Source: Vicugna vicugna
Lineage: Eukaryota
Assembly: GCA_013265495.1 (NCBI GenBank)
Contig: MU057744.1
Coordinates: 1,639,524-1,703,523, forward strand
Reading direction: 5' to 3'
DNA length: 64,000 nucleotides
How positions within the stretch are numbered: the stretch's first letter is position 1; the number at the start of each line of letters is the position of its first letter. The translations under genes and the position numbers were made by a program. Of this stretch, positions 25,600-39,692 are shown piece after piece. The notes under the pieces are model-generated. The model was given only the letters and a program-made list of their open reading frames with translations. It searched no databases and was not told the DNA's origin.

Positions 25600-28500
25600 T
25601 GAAACTAGGAAAGCTTTAAAAGGATTTAATTAAAAAGGATGCAAATAAACATGATTAAATCACAAAGGGAAATCTGTTTGAAACTTGTGAAGTACCTTGG
25701 ACCTGAGAAGGCTGAAGTCCCAGAGACCAGAGAAGTGCATTGAGGTGGTCCTACCATTCTGTCTACTACTTTTCTCTTTGGGCAAATACTAAATATTAAG
25801 CTGGGCAGGGATTGAGACAGGAAGGCCTGAAAGCTTTGCATAATTTCAGGAGTCTGGAGAGGCAAAAGTTACAGTTTGGGCCTGCTAAGATAGTCAGAAC
25901 TTGAGTGTACAAGATCTTGAAGGAAAAGTGGAAAGAGAGAAATAAGGCTTACCTTCAGCAAAGGTGTTCCCCTCAAGGCATTTTATTCTTCACTGTGTTG
26001 GAAACCAGCTAAAAAGCTTAGCAGAAAGCAGCTAAAAAGTTTAACATTACATTAATGTGTGACTAAATACTGATTATACAAATCAATACTATCAGTGTCT
26101 TGTGGGGTTTAATTCTTGTGCTGGGAAGGTTAAAAAAAAAATCATGTTTCAATATTCATTCAGGAGTAGCGGCCCTGGTAATCACTCTAGGCTCTCATGT
26201 GTGGCCCTTGGATATTTTACACATTTGGAGTAGAGGTGAACCAGAAGTAGTCTGAGTCTTACTAAATCTGGGACCCAGTCTTCAGTCTACTCGGCTCCAT
26301 ACTGAATTGAATTGATCTACTCATCATATAGCTGCCAGCCTTTGATATTCTCTTTAGAGGAAAAAGCATCATCTAGCTTATATACAAATTTAATATGTAA
26401 TATCTGACATATGATTAAAAAAACTATATAAAAAATCAGGACAGTAGAAATAGACCCATAGGTGGTTCAGATATTGGGATTTTAAGTTACAGACCTTAAG
26501 ATAGTTGTGAAATCTACAGTAAAAAAAATCCAATGGCAATTCTAATACAGAAAAACACAGTAAGTAAAACAAGAACTCAGTAGGTGAGTTTAACAGCAGC
26601 TGGGACATAATTTAAGAAAGGATTTGTGAGCTAGAAAGTAGACCAGTCAGAAATGTGCAGACTAACACATACAGAGAAAAAAAAAACATAGAAAATAAAA
26701 AAGTCGTAAGAGGTACTGGATGTGGTAGTAAAGTCTAATATGTGATTGGATTTCCAGACTAAGATGGAGGCAGTGTTAGAAGATTTAATAGTGTATAATT
26801 TTTCAAAATTAATGAAATACATTAATTCACAGTTTCAAGAAGCACTACAAATCCTGAGGAGGTTTATACATAGAAAAGCACAGCTTGGTGTATCATAGTA
26901 AAATGACTGAACATCAGGATAAGAAAAAGAATCCTAAAAGTAGCTAGGAGGGGAAACACCAAAATAGCAGCAATAAAACTGCTATTATCTGACTGTGCAA
27001 CAGAAAATTATAACTAGAAGACAAAAGCATGAGAGTTTTAACATGGGGAACACAAATAGTCACTAACTCAGAGTTCACTACCAGTGAAACATCCTTTTAA
27101 AGTGAAGGTAAAACAAAAGTATTTCCAGACAAGTAAAATTGAGCTAATTTGGAGATAGGAGGTAGAGTTCTTCAGGAAAAAGGGATACACGTGGAAAAAA
27201 GTAAATGCAGGAAGAGAAGAAGACAGGGTCAGTGTGTTGCCACATGTAAATTAATACCGACTAAACCAAACAATCATATTAATGTCTTGTGAGGCTTAAA
27301 AAATATGTGCAATTTAAATGCATGACAATAATCATACAAAAGATAGAAGGTACAAGATTTTTAAATGAGTTCTAAGGTTCTAGCTTTTCCTGGGAAGTGG
27401 TAAACGGGTGAAATCTTGAATTATTTTAGTAAATGTTCATTAAAGGGGTGAAGGTGGGCACTTTTAGAACTAAAAAGTGAACTTAGCAAAGTAACAACTC
27501 ACTATAAATTTTCATTTACATTTTTATATATTAGCAAAAAGTGAATACAAAATAAAAATTTCTAAATGATGTGTAATAACACATCATACATCTAGAAATA
27601 ATTCTAATGAGAGACATGCAAACCTTACCGTAGAAAATTGAGAAACATTTTGAAGGAAATGAAAGATGACCTAAAAAAAGTAGGATATACGAGGTCGGAA
27701 GGGTGAATATTAGAAAGATGGCTGTTCTCTCCAAATTCATCTGTAGATCAATGCAATCTCAATCAAAATCCCACCAGGTTTTCTTTTTGTGTGCATGGAA
27801 ATTTAAGTCTATTCTAAGCATTATAGAAAATGAAGAGGATCAATATTAGCAAATATGATATTGAAGGAAAGAACAAAATTGGGGCCGTTGGCTGCCAGAT
27901 ATCACAACTTATTTTGATGATTCAGTGGTTAAGATACTTTGGTATTAGCACAGGCTTAGAAAAGTAGGCCAGAATAGAAAAGAATTCATAAAGACATCCA
28001 CAGATTGTAACTTGATTTATGATGAAGGTGGCAGTGTAGTGCAGTTTTTGTAAATGGTGTGAGGTCAGTTGAATAGCTAAATGAGGGGGGAAATGAAGCT
28101 AAATTCCCTCTCTTTACCATACACCAAAAAAAGCAATACCAACCAGATTGTAGGTCTCAGATAAGACGTAAAATAATCAAATTTCTAGAAAACAATGTAG
28201 GAGGATCTTTTCAGGAGAAAAAGCACCAGCAATGAAGGAAAAGATTGATAAATTGTACTACGATCAAGAACGTCTGTCACCAGAGTTACCAATAAGACAA
28301 GACACAGACTGGGAGGAGAATTCTTGAAAAATATTAACAATTCTGACAAATCAGTAAGATCAAAGATAGCCTAATAGAAAAAAAAATGGGTAATTTAAGA
28401 CTTGAACAAAATTTCACAACAGCAGATATTCAAATATCCAAAGCATATGAAAAGGTGTTTCATCACAGTAGGCTTCAGAGAAATGCAGATTAAAACTGTG

Positions 28501-29155
28501 ATAAGGTGTTACTACACACCCACCAGAAGAGCTAAAATTTAAAAGACTCGTAACACCAAGTTTGGAAAAGATGTGAAGCAAGTGAAACTCGTACACTCCT
28601 GATGAGAGTTAAATTTATACCATCACTTTGGAAATCTCTTGGCACTATCTGCTATATCTAAATATTTATAAATCCATGACCAAGGAATTCCACTCCTGGT
28701 GTATACCCAATAGCTATATATTCCTGTATTCAACAAAAAAATATGTGCAAGAGTGTTCACCACAGATTTATTTGTAATAATAATATTCCCAAGCAGGAAA
28801 CGACCCTCATGTGCAACTGTTAAATAGATAGATAGTGATATATTCATACAAAGGAATATTATAAGCAGGGAAATGAATTAATTACTACTACTTGCAACAA
28901 CATGATGAATCTTAACAAACCTAATGTCAGCTGAAGACACTAGATAAAAAGAGAAAATAGTCTGTATTTCCAAATTAGAAAAATAATTAATGGTGATAGA
29001 ATAATGGTTACCTTTGGGGAGGGCACAAAAGCAGCTTCTAGGTTGTAGTTCTGTCTTATTTTTAGATCTGGGTGCTGATTACATGGGTCTGTTTACTTAA
29101 GCTATATACTCAATGATTTATGTGTTTTTTTCTGAATTTGCTGTATTTATTAAAA
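25600..29155 (+). mobile_element. Highly degenerate, internally deleted ancient L1 (L1ME-like)
   Basis: Colinear remnants: ORF1 at about 26400-27200, ORF2 at about 27590-28800 (caatgcaatctcaatcaaaatccca, gcatatgaaaaggtgtt, gaaatgcagattaaaac) and 3'UTR (atggttacctttgggg...ctgggtgctgattacatgggt). Confidence 0.8.
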
Positions 29156-29689
29156 CATAGACCCTCCAAATCATAGTTTTACTTTTAGGAAATTGAAATT
29201 ACTTCATTATATTTTGAATCCTGAAACACAGTGTGCAAACTTTTAAGTTTTTTCCCCCAATCTTAATAATAAACAGCATGCGTGGTGGAAAATTATTTAC
29301 AGGGTAATTTTTTGTTTTTCACTTTTCCCTAATTTATTACTTTATAAAAACTTGGCAGGTTAATGGATAGTAAACATGTATTAATACTTTAATTCCTTTC
29401 CTTATGTTATGCCTTGATATTAAAAACTTTATATGCATGATGAATGTTTTACTGTTGTGTTGTAATTGTCTAGAAATTTATCTATGTGAAAAACAAGACA
29501 TGCTGCTTGAACAACTGAAACTAAGTAACATCTTTGGTATGGTAAGAATCTCTCTGTGTACTTTCTTTTATCTTGATGTGGACACATTGTATTAGGTGGC
29601 ACTTACCATGAGAAATAGGATGTTGAGCAATTTCAAATTATATACAGATTAAAAATTTGAAATAAAAGAGAAGATAATGTATCTTAGAT

Positions 29690-29935
29690 GTGGCATACAC
29701 AGAAGTACTTAGGAGAAAGGAGCTTTGAAGTTAAAGATCCAATTTCAAGATCAAGCTCCATCATTTAATATCTAGGTGACTTTTTGTTATTGTTGAGGAA
29801 AATTTGTAATACATTTAAATGTCATTTGTTTCCTGATATGTAAAATGCAGACAATAAGATTACATGTGAAGTGTTTATCTCAAAGCCTGGCACACAGTAT
29901 CTTCTTACTATGTGACCTATAGATTTAATAATAAT
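29690..29935 (+). mobile_element. MIR SINE
   Basis: gctttgaagttaaagatcc...tttcctgatatgtaaaatg...gcctggcacacagta. Confidence 0.7.
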
Positions 29936-32411
29936 AAAAGTCTCTACCTAAAACAATAAAAATAAGTTACAGAATTTGAGAGAAGCAATAAAACTTATTT
30001 TTATAGGTTATGGAATAGTTCATGTTTATGTGCCCTAAATTTATAATTTATGTGTTAAGTATATTTAAAATTGTTAAAATATACTAATTAAATTTATATA
30101 TTGACTAAGATGTGAATACGGAGATAGAGATGTCATATGAATGTTCTATCTTTCATAAAATGTTGTAATATAATTTAGAATTAATTATTTTGTATTATAG
30201 TCTTAATTTATGTCCTTTCTGCTAAACCAAGTTGGTATTTAAATGACTGTTTTATTTTCCTTAATGGAAATGTTTTTATTTGAAAAATAAGATTTCCTGT
30301 TTTTTGATCTTAAATGATAAAATATTTCATTGTTTCCTACAAATGGTAAAGTATTACTTTTCTTTAAATTAATGGAATCGATGTATTTTTTAAAAATCCC
30401 ACATACTCAGATCATAAATTATTGGAATAAATATTCATAAGTCTCATGGGCTTTAAGAATTTGGTGATTGTTTAAACTATAAAATTGATCAAGTTTATTG
30501 AGAACTGTATACTTCCCTTCCTTGATTAGCTTCAATCCCTCCATTGTTTGTAGACATTTAATTAAATGATTCTTGTTAACATTCGTAAGAGATGTGTCAT
30601 GAAATCGCTCTGCGTCACTTATGCATAGCTACAACTTTATTGCACTTTATCAGTCTTCTAACTCTGTGGACCATAGGTCTTCTCTTGTGTGTTTAGCTGG
30701 TAACTCACCTCCAGCACATGCTGCTGCCAAGCCTTTCTTTGGTATTTGGATACTGAATCTGTTACAGTATTGCTAACTAACTCCTGCTCCTTAAGAAACC
30801 ATTTCTCTCTCACAATATAGATCATTAAAGAGCTTCTGTTGCTAGTACTAGTGACCATAACTCTTAATTACAAGTTCTCTTTCTTCTGGAAAAATCCTGC
30901 AACACTTTATCTTTGCACTGATACAAGTGTGTGTGTGTGTGTTTTACATCTATATGTGACTATAATAATAGGATAATAGAATGTCTATTAATCATTGAAA
31001 AAATATGGCATATCCTATTTTCCTGGTAAACATGAAAGGGAAATCATTTCACGTGTCCTTGAATTATTTTTCCTGAAAGAGAATAAATATAAGAATTTGT
31101 CATTTTAAAAGTTGAAAAGTGAGTGATAATTATACCATACTGGACATGACTAAATTGCTTCCCCGTGCCCCAGGATTTAAAAAAATAGATTAATCACTCT
31201 AATAGGTTAATATTTAAGGTGAGGACTTGAACTTTATAAAACAGCTAAATGCCTTAAAAACTTATAGTGAAAACCAGGTCTTTCCATTCAGTAAAGTGTT
31301 CTTTCTTACCTAACAATGTGTTTTTGAATTCAAAGGTTGGAGGTGGGCTTAGAAGAGATTTTTCTGAGGAATAAATAAATTACTGAAGAAACCAGAAAGC
31401 TCTCTTATAAGTAACTGTTGAACCTGTTGAATTTCACAATCCTACCTGTATATTGAGGTTGATATTTTTATATCACTTTATAGCACTTAAAAGTTAATAC
31501 TTTGTGCATTTAACACACATTGCCTTCTTGAAGCTTGCTTACTAAGGAATGGAGATTCTTAGTTACGGCAAAGATTTCTTCCCAAGTAGCATTAGCTTCT
31601 TACTTGATTAATGAATTTTCTAAGGGAAAAAGTTGCAAATAAACTTAAATGCATGAAAAGTCTGAAGTAAACCTCGGTTTTCGCTGGATGCTAGTCATGT
31701 GTGCTAAACAAGGGAGGTCAGTGGTGGAAACTTAACTTTGAGACGGAGTATGTCCCTTGATCTTGCAACTTTTTTATTCCTATTGATTTGCTAGGAATCT
31801 TAGGGCATGGTAGGAGTCAGTCTGTTCTGTTTTACACTTTGGATATAATTGTGTTCACCTTTTTAAAGAGTCACGTGATTACGAAACTAACATACATTCA
31901 TTAATAATTACAGCTTAAAAAATACTTTGGTTCTGATGCAGTTTCAGAATTTTTTGGCCAACCATGCTAGAAAGGTTGGGCTAGGAGGAAATTTGCTTTT
32001 ACTTCATCAGAGATTTATAGTTAGATGCTGCATTTCTAAGTTGACCTTTTTCATTAAATAGATTTTAGAGAATAGTACTTCCTAAACCAGAGGACTGTAG
32101 ACTTGAGAATTAGGTAAATGTTCACGTTTGCTATTGAACTTACTAGACTGTTGTATTTCACGTACCTGGCGCATATCCAGCCAAATGCCTTTTGAACTTC
32201 TGATTACTAAATTAATTGAAATTTTTTGTTTGTTTGCTGAGGAAATGAAACGTTATTAATTAAAAGTTTGAATACTGTTTTGTATCCTGCAGAATTGGAA
32301 GTGGATTTTGGTGCAGGGACCACATTTCAGTTTATTTAAATGACAGTAATTGAAACTTGCTAGCTGTTTACTTGTTTGCTTGTTATTTATTTTGGCTTTT
32401 TCTTTCCACAG

Positions 32412-32432
32412 AAAGTTGATGTGGAAAAATGG
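32412..32432 (+). CDS. RYR2: RYR2 micro-exon 4 (21 nt, phase 0-0): KVDVEKW
   Basis: Long pyrimidine tract then tctttccacag|AAAGTTGATGTGGAAAAATGG|gtacgt. The peptide matches the RyR2-specific (Q)VDVEKW segment. Confidence 0.95.
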
Positions 32433-32477
32433 GTACGTGTTTCTATGTATTTACAAAAAGACTGTGATCTAAACGGG

Positions 32478-32483
32478 TGCATG
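32478..32483 (+). promoter_or_regulatory. RBFOX-binding element TGCATG, 46 nt downstream of micro-exon 4
   Basis: Exact hexamer in the position typical of inclusion enhancers. Function not shown. Confidence 0.55.
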
Positions 32484-35400
32484 TTTGCTGTTTGCCTCTA
32501 ATCTTTTGTTTTGCTTCCTAGTGTGGCTGGTGCTGTGAGTATTCAGAGTAAATGCTGTGTTGTAATGAACATGTATTCTACCAGTCTCTAGTTAGACCCT
32601 TGTAAGTTTCTGGCTTGGTATCTATTGAAATATTCTCTATCCCTGGAACATTATAATTTCTATATAGTTAATTGACTTTGTAATTATGGTGTGCTTCTGG
32701 TCAACAGGAGGGCTTTTATTATTAATATTGTGTGTATCTTTTACCAAAAAACCTTGACTGTTTTATCTTAAAATTCTACTGCTTAGTTCTTATGTTTTCC
32801 CATGCGCTATAAAAAGGCTTTTATACATATTCATACAATCTTAAAAAGTAAAGGTGAATGACAAAATATCATGAGGAAAGAGAGAGCTGCAGGGAGAGGG
32901 GAGAGGGAGATCCTTCTAGTTCACAGCACCTTGTAATTGCGAATGGAAATTAGTCTCACCCACACCGATGTTCCCAGTCCACTTTTTCCCCAAGTGTGCA
33001 AAGCAGTAGGCCCTTCATTGTTGTATTGTTTTGTTCTTATTTGCTCTGGGACTTAGTATGATGAATCAGTTAAGGTTGGCTTAACTGATGGCTTCATTTT
33101 ACCTTCATTGTTCTTCCTGATGCTGGGATGCAGTTCTCTTTTGGCACTGTTTTGAGAATTTTGCTTTCTTTTCAGTAGCCTTTCAGTCGTGTTTCCCAAA
33201 CAGCTGCAAGTCCACCTGGCTTTCTGAGATTCTTTGCTCTTTTTCACTCCTTTCAGCCCTTTATATTCAAGGAAAGTTTTGTTTATTAGATTTACCATTT
33301 CCATGATGATGGCTCCCATGTGTGGGTTTTTGAGAACTACAACTTCTATATTGTATTTCTGGGAATCATTTTAATTCACCATCTGTATCATCATAGCTAA
33401 GCTATTACTAATTTTGTTCAACTCTTTCTTTTTGAAATTTCTTACCTTCTTCTGTGACTGTAGTGAAAATTCTGATCCAAGCTCCACATTGGTCTTGTCT
33501 TAGGAATGGAAGCCCATTTCTTTCTAAGATGTGTCTCATCTTTTTGTTCTCCTTCCCCAAGATCAGCCACCCTAAAACAAGTCCCTGCCTCATCTTTTTA
33601 CCCCTTCGCTTCCATTCCAGTGTTTCTGTGCCATCCCCAGGTCAGTATTTCTTGAATCAACCACTCAAGCCACTTTAATTCCCTTGGAAATAGAATACAT
33701 AAATGAATAAAATCCTTTTACCATGATCTGTAGGTACTCCCATTTTTCCCTCTGTGTATTTTGGTTTCTTTTTTGATCTGCCTCACTATATGGTTTTTCT
33801 CTCTCACTTTCATAGTGGTTTCTCATCTCAAAATTTATTCTTACTAGGTTTATTTGCAAACTTTTGCCATAGGGATTGCTCTGTAGTTCTGAGAAAGTGA
33901 GGAGATAACTTGAGCTGATAATCATGCAGTTTAACCTGTCAAGTGACTGACTTTACAACTTATGTAAGCTCTTTGTGGACATTCATCTCCTTGTTTATAC
34001 AATGAGAATCTGGACTAGTCCTTTCTTGTTCTAAAATATTCCTGTTATTTTAATGAGAAGACCTATTGATGCTGAAATATATATTCATTTAGATATCAGA
34101 TAATGGAAGTATCTTGCTGGATTTTAGAAAACTGATAATCATTGTATGTATAGGTCTCAGTAAATTTTAGATTTGAGCTGTTTCTTTCTTTGAAGACCTG
34201 TGTAGGTCAAATCTTTTTTGATGGGAAATTTGAAATTCTACTGTAACAGGTAGAATTTGTTGCTGTTTTCTGCGACCTGAAGGGTAACAGGAAGTGATTT
34301 AACCCTGTCTGCTTGCCTGCTCTGGGGGCTCAGTCTCCCCTGCCCCTGGGTTGAATTGGTACATGTTCCAGGACTTTTCTGAGTCAGATGACGATGAGAA
34401 ACACCCCCAAGTCATTTCAAGTCACAGAAGTCCTATTTCTTTAATTAAAATGCCCAAACCTGTGTAATAGGAGCACTCGATGTTAATCCAAGTTAATGGT
34501 CTGCAGTAGGCAGGAGGCTGAGAGGGGAGGGCAGGAGGGCTGGAGTCCAAATCTCGTTCCCCCTGCAAGGGTCCTCGAGCCCCTGTGCCTTGCCTGCAGC
34601 TTCTGACCAGCTGGGGTGTTGTGGGAATGAGGAGGGGAAAGTTGTCAGAAATGTCTTCTTTGATGAGAGTGTGGTCCATTGGGCTGGTCAGGTGTTCACA
34701 TTGACTCTCCCTGGGGGCACTTGGGAGTATTGGTGTATTGGTGGAGATTACATTGCCAGAAATCTTTGACCTTGGGGCTTTCTTGCTGCAGGCGAATGCA
34801 CCTTCTCTAGCAGATCAGTGGTGACAACTTCCTCGTCCCTGATCATCAGTGGCATTGCGGATAGTCCCAGGCTGGCCCTGTCTAAGGTGGCCCTGCTTGC
34901 TGTTGGCAGGGCAGTCACTTTGCAGTCACAGCATTACCTGCTGCCACAGTCAGTCTCTTGGCTCTTGCTGTGTCCGAGCTCCCAGGGGCACAGCTGTTCC
35001 TGAAGCCACCTGTTCGAGACTTGAGTTGAGGACAGGCCTTGGGGAATCAGGACTCCAAGCCTACCAACAGCCTCTGTGAGAAACACTGCTCATCTCTTCG
35101 CTCTGCAGCCTCCTCTGACAGACGAGAGCTGGAGTCAGCGGCTGGATTTTCACCCACCCAGTGGGTGTCGCTGTTTGCGTGGCCTTACAGTGTGGTCTGG
35201 AATATGGTAGTATTTGCCATCACTTTGTTCTGAGTCTGGTGTCCTATTTAACACCCTGTTATATTTGCTTGTCGACAGAACACATGAAACAACCCCAGAT
35301 CAAGAGCTTTAGAAGCCTTATAGAACTTAAATCTTTATGAAAGTTAGATTCGCTTCTTTATAAATTCTCTCATAGCATAATTCTAGAACTTCATCGAAAG

Positions 35401-38400
35401 TCAGTCAGTCTCAATAAATCTCTCTCTCTCTCCCTCTCCGTCTGCTCCTCCTCCTCCCTTCCTCCACCTTCCCTGTTTCCAGTGTCTCTTGAGCATCTTT
35501 GAACATTTGTGTTGAATTATGAGCTCATTGAGTAATCCAATGCTGCTGTCTATGTTCAAGAGAGAATAATGTTTGTGAATCCTGGTTTAAGTGATTGGCT
35601 GTACCACCAGCCCTTTAGACCCAAACCTGTTGCATTGGTTTCCAACATGGAGGCCTAGGATTGCAGGTCGTGGATGGAGCTGGGGACAGTAAAGGGATGG
35701 AGAAATTGTCATATTATAAATGAAGCATTGTCTGTAGACCAAATGATGCCTCATACACGTACTTACTCTGTTTAGAAATATTAGATGCTGTTGTAATTGC
35801 TCAAATGAAAAACGCTTTCAAATGCCTAACTCCATAGTAGTTTTGATAATGCATTTTTAACTGCAACTACTATGATGTGAGGGTCTCTGAAATGCTTTCA
35901 TACTATCAAGATTCACTCATGTTTGAAATGATTTGAAAAAAATATGTTGAATCTTCTATATCCTGATACAGACAATTATTTTATATGTAGGTGGTGCTTT
36001 CTTGGCAGAAGCAGGGAAAGTCCAAAAGCCCTCGATAGCATTTCTACTTCATATTTTAGGTGTTTATGCAGCGTAGTGATTTATAAGTGTGTCACAGATA
36101 TAAAATACAAGGATTTGTAGTAGTTCATCAGAATTGTTTATTTTCCTTTACCCTTTTAAAGAACTGCATAATTATACATAGATAGATGTCAAATGCTTTA
36201 GACACACATGAAAAGACAGTCCACTTAAGCACTGTCTGTGCAGAATTTTTGACAGGTTGGCGAAGACAACAGTTGCTACCAGTCTGACCCCAAAATATAA
36301 TGAATTCTTTAATAAAAACCAGCACGCACATGTGACTAGCTGCAGTGATGGTCCTACTGTGAGTGAGGCAGGAGCACTGCCATGGGCTGTGCCATCACCT
36401 GTGTGATTGCTCTTTCAGGGTCTAAAAGCTGGGCCCTTTACATGCTTCCCGGGCCTATCATCACCATGTCTGTCAGTCAGTGCAGTCACACATATTTTCA
36501 GTGGGGAAGTCCTAGGAAGTTAAGTATTTATATAGGATGTTTTGATCATAAGAGAAATTGTTGAGGGTTTTCACAAATATATATACCCATATACGCTATT
36601 AGATAGTATATACTGCTATGTGTTTGGAACTTGGAATTGTTCGTCCTAAATTTCTTTTGCCTTCAAAATTTGTTGGGAGCATCATTAATTTTAAAAAGCC
36701 ATCAACGAACCCAGGTCTGGTGGTGAAATAACTTTTCCTTTTCTCAACATAATGGAGTTTTCCAGATATATCCTCACTCACACAGGGGAGATGACCAGCT
36801 GGAGGATTATGGGGAATCCTAACATCTTGATACAAGGAGAGGAAGATGACAGAGGAGGCTAAAATTCAATAGATACATGGTATGCAGAGTAGGACATTTC
36901 ATCTCCTCAGTGGAAACTTTATGCAAGGATTTCTGAACCAAAATTTTGCCCTAGTCTCTCAGATTGTCCTGTCTGATAATTTTTTAATAGCTCCCAAATG
37001 TTTATTTTGTTGCTGTGTTGTTGATTCTTTATCTATATATTTTTAAGAAGATGTTTCGGTGAAGGTCTTTCAAAACTTCTAAGAAAGGTCCATTTATAGC
37101 AGTATTAATTTTTGTTATCAGTAGTCATTTCAGGAAGCTGAAAAAACAGTTTAAAAAAATTCAAGGTTGAACTGAAAGGCATAATTATGGTAGAGCTTTT
37201 TACATCACTTGAATCACTGTTTCTTTCTTTGTACCAGTTATAGATTGAATATAATTATGCATTCTCTTGATGTATGATATTTGATTACAATTTTCAGAAT
37301 AAAATACTGCTACTTGATTTGTTTTTCTACCCATAATCATTTGCACATGCTGAGAAAATCCCTTAGGTCTTTCAGATCTACTAGATCAAGTGACATCGTG
37401 CTTATAGACCAAAGACTTCTGCATCTTTTTATCATCCATTACACTCCCAGGGCCATTTATGTTTGAGTTAAAACACAAGGATTGCTATTTCTCTTTGTGG
37501 GTTTCACGTTAAGGTAGCATAATGGGGGTTTATGTCTCCAGCTCCTGGTCACATTTGAAACTTCATCTGACCTATCAGTTCAGAAGTAATTAAACTAAAC
37601 CTTGGATACTGAATTAGTGCCACTTGCAGTTTTATCCTAAAGAACTAAAATTTCCCCCTTTTTGTTTTTGTGTAGATTGATTATCATCCCCAAATTTCTT
37701 CTAAGACAGAAAGCACCATGCCTGGACTCTGTCTTTATTGTCATCCATTTCTGGTGAAATTTTAGCTCTTTAATAGTTAATTCCTTTATTAAGCTTATTG
37801 TAAACATAAAAATTACATTCTCTACACCTAAATTGAGGCTCTTTGTTTCAGTATTTATCTTCGTGCATGAGTTTCTTTTTTTCTCCTTTTTATCATGTCA
37901 TCAACTTTTAAAGGATTTTATTGTTATTCTTTTTATGTTGCTTTTTATCGTACTCAAGCAGTGTTTACATTGAGATTAAAATAATATACTTATCCTTTTC
38001 ATTTTAATGTATTTTGCTTGCTTTTTTGCCCCTGAATGATCCCTTTTGAATATCTCATATTGTAATAAGCCAAATGGACCAATAGATGATTTGTACAAAA
38101 AGTTAATGTCATTAATGCGACAAATTATCTTTATGTTCTTGGTTATCTTTTGAAAATAATGTGTGTCTGTTACATCTGCTCCTCTTTGTCATTCTGTAGA
38201 TGGATACTTTTAGCTTTGGCTAATTTACAGTATTCACTCTATTTCATCTTATATGCAGATCACTCTCCTCTGTAACTTGCTCTTTCTGTAGTCACACATA
38301 GCTAAAAATTATGAATATCAGACCTCAGGAACTAGACTGACCATTTTTTTTCTATTAGTACAATTCTAAAGTTTTCGACCTACGTAACTGACAAAATCAG

Positions 38401-39476
38401 GCTGAGAAAACTTCTGAAAGAAAAATCTCCAATACCTTTATCAATAAAAACTCACAAATCTCATGAAGAAAGTATCTGTTATAAACCATATTCTGTAGCA
38501 AAATTTTGAATATTTTTTTTTAATTAAGGCTTAAAATGATTTTTCCTAATTCTTCAGTTAGATATCACTGAAGTGTATAGATATCACTGGGGATCACAGG
38601 TAGGAATGTGATTGGTCAGTTTCAACACGGAAAATAAGTTCTCTAATATCATTTAACATTGATATTATTTGCAAGATTGTAACTATTCAGCCTGTATTTC
38701 TAAGCTGAAAATGAAATGATTTGTTACAATTTTTCCTTAAAATTATAATATTCAAAATGAAAAAATCAATCAACAAAATTGCTATTTAGAAATATACATA
38801 TTACAATGTATGTCTGTTTCAGGGGAAAAGTGTGGTATTTAACATCTTTGTTAGAAAACTTCCCCTTGCTGTTTTCTTTAAAACTAATCTGGATATGTAT
38901 GTTTTTTCTTCGTGGGACTTACATACTCCTAACAACAAGATTTAGCCCTAAGTTTGGAAATATAATATCCATTTTTCCTTCCTTGCTCTTTTTCAATCTC
39001 TGTACCTCTCCTGGGAATAAGAAGTCAAAGAAATTTTATGGGTCTAAAGAAAAAGAAAGGAATATATATACATATGTTTTGTGAAAGAAGATAAAGAGCT
39101 ATTATAATGCAAACGTGAGAAGTGGCTGAGTCATTTGAAGAGAAAAAGAGAGTTTTTGTGTTTCTTTTCTTTGAAATTCACATATCAAAAACTAATGCCT
39201 AAGGAATTGCTTTTTGTCATTTTGCATGAAATATGGGCAGCTTTTCACAAGCGTATTAACTGATGACCTACCTTCCCTGTTTCTAATCCATGATTTTTAC
39301 TTAAATTAGTTGGGTTGCTGCTTGTTACTGCATTTTTATGCAACAGACGAAATGAAAATATTTTAAAGAATTTTCAGAGTATAATTTTAAGATTATACAT
39401 TTTTTTGGTCCTTAGGTATGTTATGAATTGAATCACGCATTAAAGTTGAGCAGCATGTTTTCACAGAAAAAGAAAG

Positions 39477-39483
39477 TACTAAC
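39477..39483 (+). promoter_or_regulatory. TACTAAC (QKI/SF1 motif) about 210 nt upstream of micro-exon 5
   Basis: Exact heptamer, flanked by GCATG at 39453-39457 and 39530-39534. Function not shown. Confidence 0.4.
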
Positions 39484-39692
39484 ATAAAACATTTTTAAGA
39501 AGAATTTTGCTTGCTACAGCTTTTCTCTAGCATGTAGTTGTTAATGTCTTGTGACAACACAGTGATTTTTTTTGTTGTTTATTGCTCATATAACTCCATT
39601 TAGAGCAATGGAGTCTTTATAAATAAGGTATTTTAAAATATCTTGAAATAATGTATATTCAATATTTTGTCTCTTTTCCTTATGCCCCACAG

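Noticed and set aside
33065..33089. Perfect 10 bp hairpin atcagttaag-gttgg-cttaactgat
   Set aside because: Roughly one such stem is expected by chance in 64 kb of AT-rich DNA, and it is too short for a pre-miRNA.
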